18,870 nucleotides of DNA from Candidatus Micrarchaeaceae archaeon (GTDB lineage: Archaea; Micrarchaeota; Micrarchaeia; Micrarchaeales; Micrarchaeaceae): positions 1 through 18,870 of the forward strand of contig JBEKES010000014.1 of NCBI GenBank assembly GCA_050013715.1, read 5' to 3'. The position numbers and the translations under genes were made by a program. Within the stretch, counting starts at the first letter, position 1. The number at the start of each line of letters is the position of its first letter. Shown piece by piece: positions 1 to 9,274 of the stretch. Below the pieces are notes generated by a model. That model was not told where the DNA came from. It ran no database searches and worked only from the letters and a program-made list of their open reading frames with translations.

Positions 1-3000
1 GCCGTCAACTGCAGGAATATTCCTTGCACGTATCCATATTGTGTTTTGAGTAGATCCAAAACCTCCACCATTTCCTGCGCATTGCCACACACCCAAGCAC
101 ATGTATTGTTGAGAATTAAATGTTCCTGAAAAGGAACCAACAGTTGAATAGTTAACTTGCAGAAATACACTTGCACTTGAAAAGTAATCAGTAAATACTG
201 AATATACACTCGCAGGATTTGTACCGCCTAAAGTTCCGCCTCCTATAAAATTAAATCCTGACGTTCCTGCCCATACTGCCAATGCATGTGTTGGTGGTTC
301 ATAAAAACTATATAATACAACGTTTGCTTCGCTTGAACTTGGAAGATTCTGATTTGCAGATTGCATCATTCCTGCTGCTGCGCTTATTTCTGTTGATTCA
401 GAAGTTAAGGATTCTTCTGCACTTTGCTGTGAATTAAATACAGTTCTTGTATTATAGACAGAGCCTGTGCTTGCTATTGATAACCCGTTATCAGGATTGA
501 TTGTTGCACCTATTGTTGTCCAAGGCCCTGCATATGAAGTTCCTAAGAAATCGTCATAGAAACCTCCTCCTGAACCAAAAACCACATTTCCATTATCATA
601 TTCGCCATAGTAGCAATTCAAAGTGCTATACGGATTTGCACACGATAATTGCGGTGCCTCACCAGTGATGGTATTGCTTAGGCGGTTGTCTGCAGAATTT
701 ATTACATTGCCTGTCCATCCTAAATATATGGTATTTGTTGTTGCCGTTCCTGTATTTGCTGGAAGAAACCCTATTGAATTTGGAAGTATCCAATAGATGA
801 TATTTGAACTATCTATAAGTGCATCTGGAGATGAAGAACTAGTGCATGCCGAATTTGCCGTCAATTCATTAAGCGTATTGCCTTCTAGCCATGATTCTAT
901 TATTGTACCATTAGAATAGAAAAACTCAGCATTGTTTAAGTTGCACGTATAATACTGCGCATAATTTAAAGCGTTGAAGCCAATTACATTGCTTGATCCC
1001 TGCGTGCTGTCGACTGTGCCTATTGCTATTGGAGTATTTATCGCTATTGCATTTGATTGAAGATTTGTTACTGTAATTGGAAGATATGCAACTATGCCCG
1101 AAGGCACTGTGGGCCCTCCTGAAGATGCGACGCCTCCCAGAATAATATTTTCGGTCATTGATTCTGTTATTGAATTGGCGCTTATGGGAACCATGGCGTT
1201 ATCAGCTACAACCACATTGTAGCTAAAAGTATTGCTGTTCGTAGTGCTTGTTACTTGCATCGTACATGTATTAGTAGACAATAGAGAACAAGCAGATATC
1301 AGAATTGGCGATCCTGTAGTAACGTTGTAGAAATTATAGATATATGGCAATGTGCCTCCAGATTCTGCTGCCGTAAGCGTTATGTATTGCTCGCTGTCCG
1401 TAAGTGTATTTGATATTGTCAATGTAGGTGTTGTCAATATTGAATTAGTGAATATGTTTCCCGAATTTATCGAATTCGTGAATGTGTTTGTCGTTGCGCT
1501 GTCTAGTATGAATACGTTTGCCTCCAACGGTGAATTGGAAGTCCAGAATGAATTGCTCTGGAATGAGAATGAATTGGATGTTGTAATTCTGTTTGCAACT
1601 ATTACGTTTGACACTGCATTGAATACGAGGAAATTATAGGTGTATGGACCTGTGCCTCCTGTTTCGTAAGCCGCAATTACTGTATATTGATTCTGGTCCA
1701 TTAGAGTATTTGATGTGCTTATCGTTGGAATTGCTAAAGCTGTGTTTGCCACTATGTTTGCGCTGTTTATCGAATTTGCGAATGTGTTTGTTGTTGCGCT
1801 GTCTAGTATTAATACGTTTGCCTTCAATGGCGAATTGGAAGTCCAGAATGAATTTGATGTAAACGAAAACGAATTAGATGTTGTTATCATGTTTGCTACT
1901 ATTACATTTGACACTGCATTGAATACCAGGAAATTATAGGTATATGCAAGAGTTCCGCCTGTCTCGTAGGCTGCAATGGATATTGACTGGCCCTGATCCA
2001 AGGTGTTGATAGCCATAGGAGAAATAGTCGGAGTTATTAGTATGCTGTTGTAGCCGAATTTCTGGAATATCGAATTAACAGTATTGGGAGTAGATGCGCT
2101 GTCAGTTATTAGTACGTTTGCCTTCAGCGTGTTTCCGCAGTTCGTAGTTGTTGGACAATCAACACTGGGAGGAATCCAGAACCATGAGTTGCTTGTGTAC
2201 GAATTGCCAGTGAACAGCATGTTTGCTATTGTGGTTCCTGTTATTGTATTTACCACTTGATAGTTGTAAGTGTATGTTGGAGTTCCTTGATTTGCAAGAG
2301 TATTTGCAGTGAACAGAATGCCCTGGCCTTGATCTATCAGTGTATTGGACAACGCCAACGTAGGCAATGACATTAATACATTGACAGTTATTGTGCTGGT
2401 ATAGGAAGATGCAGTTATCACTTTTGTTGTTGCACTGTCAGTAACTATTACATTGACTTTTATCGTATTTGCAGCATCAATTGCAGGAATCAACCAGAGC
2501 CATGTGTTTGATGTGTAGGCATTGCCCACAAACAATTCATTGGCAATTACTGTGCTTGTTATTGTATTAACAACCTGATAGTTATAAGTGTAAGGACCTG
2601 TTCCTCCTGTGAACGATGCAGTAAACTTTTCATACTGACTTGTATCGACTGTTGGGGTATTTGATGCAGTAAGTGTTGGCGTGAATACACTGTTATAGCC
2701 TATAAAGTAATAGATGGAGTTTGAGAGTGTCGTGGTGCTTGTTATGTATACGTTTGCCTCTAGTGTGTTGCCACAATTGATGGTGCCGGGGCAATCCACG
2801 CTTGGAGGCGTCCAGAAGAAAGTATTTGTTGAAGTAGTAACACCGGTGAAAAGCATGTTTGCTATTACTACACTGGTTAGTGTGTTGACTATTTCGTAGT
2901 TATAGGTGTATGGACCTATTCCTGCGTTTCCTGCAGCAGTAAACAGTATAGATTGACCCTGGTCGATTAGTGTATTAGATAGTGCCATTATCGTAACTGT

Positions 3001-5415
3001 ATTTTGTGCCGTGGTTCCTACCGATCCGAATACAGGGCTTGGCATTATGTCTTTTTGCGGCGCTATCCTAACAGCTATCCAGTTTACTGTAAATATTGCA
3101 TTCTGGTCTGTTGTTGAGGTTCCTGCAACATTTGCTCCAAAGGCAAAGAATTGGCCATCTAGTACGTTTGCTGAATTAGGGGTATTGGCTACTGTAGTGA
3201 ATGGAAAGTTCCCCCCAAACGTAGTTGCACTTATTAGATATACGTTTACTCCAATCGTATTTGCTGGCGCACGAACGGTATTTGCATATACGTCAATTAT
3301 ATTTCCGCCCAATGGGCCTGGACTTTTTATGCCCAATATGCCTGGTGATATTGCATTGCCTAGTATCTTGAAAGTCCCGGCAAGGGCATTTGTTTCTATA
3401 ACAGTGTTTGTTGCCAACGTATTTGAATATGCTACAACATTGCTCACAGCAACGTATTTTGAAGCAGAAGAAGATGAGGACAATATTTGGGCCTGTGCCA
3501 AACCTCCAGATATGGAACCATAAAACGCGTTGCTGGCCCATACATCCACTGCATTTCCCGTTATCGGAATATTAGAGCTAAGGTATATGGAATTAGGTAT
3601 TATTCCATTTGTGATTATCTGTATACCGTTATTAATTATTGAATTTCCGCTGTTTGTGGTAAATGCATTCCAGCCGGCAGGTACTCCGCAGGGCCCTCCG
3701 CTGGCGCATTTGAAGTTCTGATAGTAGTTGAATACATTGGCACCATCATCGTATTGTGCGTAAACCTGTGAAAGAATTGGAGATTCGCCGGTATTGTTAC
3801 CATTCATAAGAGTCGTAGAAATCGATGCAAAGCCTATGCTTATTACATTGACCGCATTTGTAGTAGCGGCAATCTGCGCAGGCAGGCTTATCCATATTAT
3901 ACCATTGGAATAGGTATTGCTGTTTCCCACCTCAAGCCAAGAGTATAGTATGTTGCCGGTCAATCCGTTGAATATTTCATAATTTGTAAGTCCTCCATTC
4001 GCATACTGGTTGTATCCTATTCCGTTGAATGGTATTGCTATGGGCACGTTTGTGGCTATTGCAGTGGCTTGCTGATTGTTAAGCGATACGTTTATTATGT
4101 TTGATACGCCAGCAGGTACCAGCCAGTTGGGATCTATGTCTATCGATTCATTGCCGAATGAAATTGTTTGCAATAGGCTGTAGTTGCCTACGCTGCTCTG
4201 GTTTATCGTTGTGTTGCCAATGCCAATCGACTGTGTCTGGTTCACCATCTCAGGAAGATTACGGCCCAGCAGATTGATTCTTTTCCTCTTCAATTTCGAA
4301 TAGTTTATTTTTATCCTTTTCAGGTTCAATGCATTGGATGGGTTTATTGCATTGGCTGTGCTGAGCTCGTAGCTCCAGTTGTACAGCTTGTTCGGATTTA
4401 TCAATCCAGTGATTTTGAATTGGTTGATTCCCGGAGCAATTATTATCGCGTTATTTGCAATTGGTTCCCATTGTGTTATGTTTACCACTACAGGAATAGT
4501 GTCCTGATTTGATGAATTTGTGCTGTTTGTAGAGTTGGATTGAACAGTATAGGCAATGGTCTGGTTCACCACAGATGTCTCGTTTACCAATTGATATATT
4601 TCTATCGAGGATAATTTCGGGTTTCTGTTTATCGCCCTGAAATAGCCCTTATCCAAAAATAATGGAGCATTGGAAGTGCTGGTTATGTTAAGATACGTAG
4701 TAGCAGTGTAATTTAATTTCGAATAATTAGTATAAACGTTTCCTATGTTCGGTTGCTGGTAGAATGTTTGTATTGAATCTATCGAGATTAATCCGTTGTC
4801 GAATTTGGTTTCTTTGCCTGCAGCGCTTAATACCGTAGTGTTTGGAAGGTTAAGAATGCTACCTGCAGGAACTACGCTGATCACGCTGCTTATGTTGTTA
4901 TTGGTCTGGTTTGTTATGTTTGCTATTATCGTTACATTCAGCGTCTGGTTTGTTTGGTTCGTCTCATTTAAGCTAATTGTGGTGCTGGACAGACTGGATG
5001 TGCTGGTGCTTGTCGAAGTGGATGTCGAGGTCGTTGTTGAGGTAGATGTTGAAGTTGTTGAACTTGTAGTTGAATTTGTTGTAGATGTGCTATTCGAAGT
5101 TGTTGTGGTTATAAGGCTTGTGGATAGCGTTGTGTTTAGTATCGAGCTTGTGGATGTTGTTGTGTTGAGCGAAGATGAGGTAGTATTAAAAGAGGTTGTA
5201 ACGCTCGTGGAGGTTGTGCTATTTATTGTGGAATTGGTTGGTTCCGAAAATCCACTGATGGTAAGCTTCGGATAGGTGCTTGTCGTGTTAAAAAAATGAT
5301 CCATTTTTAGGGCAGAATTCCTGTGCAAATTCGCAATGGCAGTTACATGTAGATAATAAAACATGACCAACAATAGAGCAATCAGTAAAAATGAATAAAT
5401 AATCTTATTGCGCAC
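1..5415 (-). CDS. Giant secreted/cell-surface modular glycoprotein, at least 1805 aa, 3' end outside the window (signal peptide, S/T-rich stalk, two DUF2341-like modules, six Ig/PKD-like repeats)
   Basis: Hand translation of the minus frame finds no stop from GTG 5415 to base 1. There is an in-frame TAA upstream at 5433-5431 and GGAGG 6 nt before the start. The N-terminus MRNKIIYSFLLIALLLVMFYYLHVTA is signal-peptide-like, and N-x-S/T sequons are abundant. Differences between the internal repeats are mostly synonymous in this frame. Confidence 0.93.
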   Translation of the reverse strand, partial: MRNKIIYSFLLIALLLVMFYYLHVTAIANLHRNSALKMDHFFNTTSTYPKLTISGFSEPTNSTINSTTSTSVTTSFNTTSSSLNTTTSTSSILNTTLSTSLITTTTSNSTSTTNSTTSSTTSTSTSTTTSTSTSTSTSTSSLSSTTISLNETNQTNQTLNVTIIANITNQTNNNISSVISVVPAGSILNLPNTTVLSAAGKETKFDNGLISIDSIQTFYQQPNIGNVYTNYSKLNYTATTYLNITSTSNAPLFLDKGYFRAINRNPKLSSIEIYQLVNETSVVNQTIAYTVQSNSTNSTNSSNQDTIPVVVNITQWEPIANNAIIIAPGINQFKITGLINPNKLYNWSYELSTANAINPSNALNLKRIKINYSKLKRKRINLLGRNLPEMVNQTQSIGIGNTTINQSSVGNYSLLQTISFGNESIDIDPNWLVPAGVSNIINVSLNNQQATAIATNVPIAIPFNGIGYNQYANGGLTNYEIFNGLTGNILYSWLEVGNSNTYSNGIIWISLPAQIAATTNAVNVISIGFASISTTLMNGNNTGESPILSQVYAQYDDGANVFNYYQNFKCASGGPCGVPAGWNAFTTNSGNSIINNGIQIITNGIIPNSIYLSSNIPITGNAVDVWASNAFYGSISGGLAQAQILSSSSSASKYVAVSNVVAYSNTLATNTVIETNALAGTFKILGNAISPGILGIKSPGPLGGNIIDVYANTVRAPANTIGVNVYLISATTFGGNFPFTTVANTPNSANVLDGQFFAFGANVAGTSTTDQNAIFTVNWIAVRIAPQKDIMPSPVFGSVGTTAQNTVTIMALSNTLIDQGQSILFTAAGNAGIGPYTYNYEIVNTLTSVVIANMLFTGVTTSTNTFFWTPPSVDCPGTINCGNTLEANVYITSTTTLSNSIYYFIGYNSVFTPTLTASNTPTVDTSQYEKFTASFTGGTGPYTYNYQVVNTITSTVIANELFVGNAYTSNTWLWLIPAIDAANTIKVNVIVTDSATTKVITASSYTSTITVNVLMSLPTLALSNTLIDQGQGILFTANTLANQGTPTYTYNYQVVNTITGTTIANMLFTGNSYTSNSWFWIPPSVDCPTTTNCGNTLKANVLITDSASTPNTVNSIFQKFGYNSILITPTISPMAINTLDQGQSISIAAYETGGTLAYTYNFLVFNAVSNVIVANMITTSNSFSFTSNSFWTSNSPLKANVLILDSATTNTFANSINSANIVANTALAIPTISTSNTLMDQNQYTVIAAYETGGTGPYTYNFLVFNAVSNVIVANRITTSNSFSFQSNSFWTSNSPLEANVFILDSATTNTFTNSINSGNIFTNSILTTPTLTISNTLTDSEQYITLTAAESGGTLPYIYNFYNVTTGSPILISACSLLSTNTCTMQVTSTTNSNTFSYNVVVADNAMVPISANSITESMTENIILGGVASSGGPTVPSGIVAYLPITVTNLQSNAIAINTPIAIGTVDSTQGSSNVIGFNALNYAQYYTCNLNNAEFFYSNGTIIESWLEGNTLNELTANSACTSSSSPDALIDSSNIIYWILPNSIGFLPANTGTATTNTIYLGWTGNVINSADNRLSNTITGEAPQLSCANPYSTLNCYYGEYDNGNVVFGSGGGFYDDFLGTSYAGPWTTIGATINPDNGLSIASTGSVYNTRTVFNSQQSAEESLTSESTEISAAAGMMQSANQNLPSSSEANVVLYSFYEPPTHALAVWAGTSGFNFIGGGTLGGTNPASVYSVFTDYFSSASVFLQVNYSTVGSFSGTFNSQQYMCLGVWQCAGNGGGFGSTQNTIWIRARNIPAVDG
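1141..2995 (-). repeat. Six tandem ~100-110 aa Ig/PKD-like repeats inside the giant protein
   Basis: Recurring motif PT(L/I)..SNT..DQGQ...GGT.PYTYN...ANV...DSA(T/S)T. Units lie at about 2995-2690, 2690-2370, 2370-2045, 2040-1745, 1740-1445 and 1440-1141. Units 4 and 5 have an exact 300-nt period. Confidence 0.88.
4978..5240 (-). repeat. Ser/Thr low-complexity (mucin-like) linker of the giant protein
   Basis: Translates as STTSTSVTTSFNTTSSSLNTTTSTSSILNTTLSTSLITTTTSNSTSTTNSTTSSTTSTSTSTTTSTSTSTSTSTSSLSST. Confidence 0.9.
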
Positions 5416-5420
5416 GTGAA

Positions 5421-5427
5421 TCCTCCA
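5421..5427 (-). promoter_or_regulatory. Shine-Dalgarno site of the giant surface protein gene
   Basis: Minus-strand TGGAGGA; the GGAGG core lies 6 nt before GTG 5415. Confidence 0.7.
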
Positions 5428-5651
5428 TATTTATGAAATTAAAATAATTATGAGCTATTAGTCGTCTAAAATGATACACTACTCACACTCCCATTACTGT
5501 CTAAAATATGAAAAATTAGGCGTTTTTGCCATAAATTTGTCATATTTCGTAAATTATCTCAACTTTTATTTGTATAGATATAGAAATATAGTATTTTAAG
5601 CTTTAACAAAACTCATATTTATCAGTTTTATTAAAGAAAACGGTGATTTTT

Positions 5652-6038
5652 TTGAAATCAGCAAAATATAGGAAATTGACACAGGAAGAAGAGGACATAA
5701 TAGTCAATAAAGGAACTGAAATGCCATTCACTGGAGAGTATGAAAACAACTTCAAGGAGGGCATTTACATTTGCAAGAGGTGCGGCGCACATCTGTACAG
5801 ATCAAAGGACAAGTTTGATGCGAGCTGCGGCTGGCCGAGCTTTGATGATGAGATAAAAGGCGCGATCAAGAGGATACCTGATGCGGACGGTGAAAGAATT
5901 GAGATACAGTGCGCGAACTGCGGTGCGCATCTTGGGCATGTCTTCAACGGAGAGGGGCTTACGCCGAAAAATGTTAGGCATTGTGTGAATTCAATTTCAT
6001 TGATATTTATACCAAAAGGTAGCAAAAATGAAGAATAA
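5652..6038 (+). CDS. msrB: Peptide-methionine (R)-S-oxide reductase MsrB, zinc-binding type
   Basis: Motifs GTE.PFTG, CKRC and CANC zinc ligands, CGWPSF, HLGHVF and catalytic RHCVNS. The start is probably TTG 5652 after GGTGA; the track starts it at GTG 5643. Confidence 0.96.
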   Translation: MKSAKYRKLTQEEEDIIVNKGTEMPFTGEYENNFKEGIYICKRCGAHLYRSKDKFDASCGWPSFDDEIKGAIKRIPDADGERIEIQCANCGAHLGHVFNGEGLTPKNVRHCVNSISLIFIPKGSKNEE

Positions 6039-6561
6039 AACTGAAACCATTGTCTTCGGAGGTGGCTGCTTCTGGTGCACAGAGGCAGTATTTTCGATGC
6101 TGAAAGGTGTTGTCAATACCATGCCAGGCTATGCCGGAGGAAAAACAGAAAATCCGAATTATGAGCAAGTGTGCGCAGGTGATACAGGACATGCAGAAGT
6201 GCTTCAAATAGAATACGATCCAAGCATGGTAACGCTTGAGAAATTGCTTGATGTTTTCTTCAAAACGCATGACCCGACATCTTTGAATAGGCAGGAAGCA
6301 GATATCGGAACGCAGTACAGGTCGATAATACTTTATAATTCAGATGAACAGAAAGCAATAATAGGAAATTTTGTAAAAAATATCCAGAAGGATTTTAACA
6401 AGCCAATAGTAACTGAAATTAAAAAACTTGGTAAATTCTATGCAGCAGAGAATTACCACAAGGATTACTACAGCAAGAACCAGATCAATCCCTATTGCAT
6501 GTTTGTGATAAGGCCGAAGGTATCAAAAGTAAAGAAAGAATTCGGATCCGAGATAAAATAA
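6028..6561 (+). CDS. msrA: Peptide-methionine (S)-S-oxide reductase MsrA
   Basis: Motifs GGGCFWC, GYAGG, GHAEV, HDPT, GTQYRS and AENYHKDY..NPYC. Overlaps the end of msrB, implying an operon. Confidence 0.97.
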   Translation: MKNKTETIVFGGGCFWCTEAVFSMLKGVVNTMPGYAGGKTENPNYEQVCAGDTGHAEVLQIEYDPSMVTLEKLLDVFFKTHDPTSLNRQEADIGTQYRSIILYNSDEQKAIIGNFVKNIQKDFNKPIVTEIKKLGKFYAAENYHKDYYSKNQINPYCMFVIRPKVSKVKKEFGSEIK

Positions 6562-7359
6562 TTAGACAGGTATTACTGCGTCATCGAGGGCATTGGAACA
6601 AATGCACTTCCTCGATTCCTTGGTATTTGCAACTATGTTTTTTATCAATGCCTTGACATTGCCTATGTTCTTTGAAAATGTCTCCATTACTTCCTTATGG
6701 CTAACTGGTTTTATATTTTTTTTGCCGATGAGCCCTGCATCGTAATCAGTTACAATGCCCAATGCAAGATAGCATATGCATTTTTCCCTTGCAAGGGCGA
6801 CTTCAGGGTATTGGGTCATGTTTATCAGATCGAATCCCTGCCTTTGATAGAAGAGCGATTCCGATCTCGTGGAAAATCTCGGACCGTTGATTACGAGCAC
6901 TGTGCCCTTGTCGTTATAATTAAGCTTCATTCGTTTTGCAGATTCGTGTGCAGTTTTCCTCATTTCGCTGCAATAGGGATCAGCCATGCTCACATGCGCA
7001 ACGCTTTCTTCAAAAAAGGTATCGCTCCTGTTGCTGGTCATATTCACGAATTGATCGAATGCAACTATCTGCCCTATTTTAAATTCAGGATTGAGAGAGC
7101 CCACAGCATTGGTTGCTATTATCCTTTTGACGCCAAGCTTATGCAATGCTTCGATATTGGCTTTGTAAGGCACTTTGTGTGGAGGATATGTGTGTTTGCT
7201 CCCGTGCCTTGGTATGAATGCAACATTCTTTCCTGAAATAATTCCAGTATGTATTTTGTCGCTGGGACTTCCGTATTTTGTATTTATGCCTATACTTTTT
7301 GGTTTCTCCAACAAGGAATAGAATCCAGATCCTCCTATTATGCCTATTTCAATAGCCAT
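6562..7359 (-). CDS. mtnP: S-methyl-5'-thioadenosine phosphorylase (PNP/MTAP family)
   Basis: Motifs IGIIGGSG, RHG..H..PPH.VPY.AN, GPRFST..ES, NMT..PE..LARE and VTDYD. Confidence 0.92.
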   Translation of the reverse strand: MAIEIGIIGGSGFYSLLEKPKSIGINTKYGSPSDKIHTGIISGKNVAFIPRHGSKHTYPPHKVPYKANIEALHKLGVKRIIATNAVGSLNPEFKIGQIVAFDQFVNMTSNRSDTFFEESVAHVSMADPYCSEMRKTAHESAKRMKLNYNDKGTVLVINGPRFSTRSESLFYQRQGFDLINMTQYPEVALAREKCICYLALGIVTDYDAGLIGKKNIKPVSHKEVMETFSKNIGNVKALIKNIVANTKESRKCICSNALDDAVIPV

Positions 7360-7486
7360 TGTTTCACTTCAAATTACTATGAATCATTTGTATTAGCTAA
7401 TTAAATATTTATTTGCAAGCCCTTAAAAAATAAAAAAGATTATAAACACTGGCTTTGTATTAAATCACTACCGGATAGCTTTATCA

Positions 7487-8407
7487 TTGGTAAGATTTGT
7501 GTACGTCATAGAGGCAAACAATGTAGGCAAGAGGTTCAAGGACACCGTTGCACTTCATAGGATAAATTTGAAATTGGCAAAAGGAGAGACGATAATACTG
7601 CTTGGACCCAACGGCGCAGGAAAGAGCACTCTTTTGAAAATATTATCAGGGCTTTACAAAACAAGCAAAGGAACCGTGAAAGTATTTGGACATCAACTCC
7701 CAAAGGATGCAGAAAAAATAAGAGATAGTGTTTCTTTCCTTGGAGAGAATTATTCATTGTATGACGATTTAACAGTAAGGAAGAATCTGGAGTTCTTCGG
7801 AATTTTGTATGATCTTGATGAAAAGCACATGAAAAGAAGAATAGAGCAATTACTCGCAAGGTTCGATGCAACGCAATACATAGACAGAGAAGTAGGAGAA
7901 CTGAGCAGGGGCACGAAGCAGAAGGTCGCAATATGCAGGGCCCTCTTGAGCGAGCCGAAGCTTCTGCTTCTTGACGAGCCGAGCGCTTTTCTTGATCCAG
8001 TCGCATCTAGGATATTGCACATGGAGCTCAATGAGCTTTCCAGAAAAGGAGTTTCAATAGTCTATGCAACGCAGAGGCTTGATGAATTATACAAAATAGG
8101 GAACAAGACACTTCTGTTGAGAAAAGGAAGGCAGATAGCCTATGGCAATGTTGACAAGATAATAAATAAATTGCGCGATGTGGAAGTTGAAATAATAACT
8201 GCAAAACCAATAAGCGATGCAGTATTGAGAAAATTCGGGAAACGTTGGAAGGTAAGATACGGGGATTCCAATAAAGCAGTAATATTCAGCCTCAAGAAAA
8301 TAAATGACATACCAAAAGTAGTAAAGGAAGTGGTGAACAGCAAATGCGAGATAGTTAGCGTGCTGTATCTCAAGGAGAGCATAGACAAAATACTGTCAGG
8401 TGCCTAG
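7487..8407 (+). CDS. ABC-2 type transporter ATP-binding protein (DrrA-like)
   Basis: Walker A GPNGAGKST, signature LSRGTKQK and Walker B LLLLDEP. The start is uncertain (TTG 7487 or GTG 7499). TTATAAA lies at 7440-7446. Confidence 0.93.
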   Translation: MVRFVYVIEANNVGKRFKDTVALHRINLKLAKGETIILLGPNGAGKSTLLKILSGLYKTSKGTVKVFGHQLPKDAEKIRDSVSFLGENYSLYDDLTVRKNLEFFGILYDLDEKHMKRRIEQLLARFDATQYIDREVGELSRGTKQKVAICRALLSEPKLLLLDEPSAFLDPVASRILHMELNELSRKGVSIVYATQRLDELYKIGNKTLLLRKGRQIAYGNVDKIINKLRDVEVEIITAKPISDAVLRKFGKRWKVRYGDSNKAVIFSLKKINDIPKVVKEVVNSKCEIVSVLYLKESIDKILSGA

Positions 8408-9202
8408 ATGAACCGAAAGCATATAATTGACATAGCAATGAAGGACCTAAGAGAAGCGTTCAGCAGCATATCCATATGGGGCCCAATGATAGGCATACCA
8501 TTATTCTTCGCGATAGTGCTTCCTGCTTTTACCGTTTATATATCAAAGTATGCGGGTCCTGCACTGCTAACCCAAATATTAGGAGTGGCAGCGCAAACAA
8601 GAGGGATAAGCTCCTATGAGCTTGCGAAATCAGATTTCATAAAGTTCTTTGCGATAAACATATTAGGGCCAATATTCCTAACAATGCCGATAATAACAGC
8701 AACTGTAATTGCAGCTGATAGCTTTGCAGGAGAGAAGGAAAGAAAAACAGCAGAGGCATTGATGTCAACACCTGCAACTGATTCCGAGCTCCTTGTGGGA
8801 AAGACGCTTGCGTCATTCATACCTGCAGTTGGACTCACTGTTGTTATTTTCGTGATTTATGCTTTAATAACTAATTACTTCTCAATGGCAAGCTACGGAG
8901 TTACCATATTCCCTAACATAGTATGGTACATGATGCTTGTCAATTCGCCGTTCCTTGCGCTTACAACAATAGGCTTGATTGTACTTGTATCTTCAAGAGT
9001 CAAGAACATAAAAGAGGCGCAGCAGATAAGCTCGCTTCTTGTTCTGCCGATTCTTGTAATACCATTCATATCCGTATTCAACATCGCTACGCTAAACTTC
9101 TGGTTTTTGTTCGACATGATGATCTGTTTGATAATAAGCAGCGCGTTTGTCCTGTACATAAGCCTAAAGTTCTTCGACAGGGAGCGTTTTATTGTTGCAT
9201 AA
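8408..9202 (+). CDS. ABC-2 type transporter permease
   Basis: About six hydrophobic segments and the motif ADSFAGEKERKT.E.L..TP......GK. Starts immediately after the ATPase stop codon. Confidence 0.92.
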   Translation: MNRKHIIDIAMKDLREAFSSISIWGPMIGIPLFFAIVLPAFTVYISKYAGPALLTQILGVAAQTRGISSYELAKSDFIKFFAINILGPIFLTMPIITATVIAADSFAGEKERKTAEALMSTPATDSELLVGKTLASFIPAVGLTVVIFVIYALITNYFSMASYGVTIFPNIVWYMMLVNSPFLALTTIGLIVLVSSRVKNIKEAQQISSLLVLPILVIPFISVFNIATLNFWFLFDMMICLIISSAFVLYISLKFFDRERFIVA

Positions 9203-9209
9203 ACTCAAA

Positions 9210-9270
9210 GGTCTCCTTGCGACCCCGCTATGCCTAAGCCGTGTGCGGTAATTGGTAGCGTGGCTTGGGC
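9210..9270 (+). other. GC-rich two-hairpin intergenic element of unknown type
   Basis: GGTC-TCCTTGC-GACC (9210-9224), then a 13-bp stem GCCTAAGCCGTGT/GCGTGGCTTGGGC (9232-9244 with 9258-9270) containing four G-U pairs on the plus strand. Confidence 0.5.
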
Positions 9271-9274
9271 TAAG

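Noticed and set aside
1470..1970. Near-identical repeat pair as a DGR template/variable region
   Set aside because: Mismatches are mostly synonymous and not adenine-specific, both copies are in-frame domains, and no reverse transcriptase is present.
1352..5275. Track ORFs within the first 5.3 kb (for example the V/E-rich 4796-5275 ORF)
   Set aside because: They are antisense or off-frame shadows of the uninterrupted minus-strand surface protein. Their V/L/E bias mirrors Thr/Ser/Asn codons.
8060..8085. ABC ATPase switch His replaced by Gln (YATQ)
   Set aside because: A Gln at this position is common in DrrA-like ABC-2 ATPases, so it is not evidence of inactivation.
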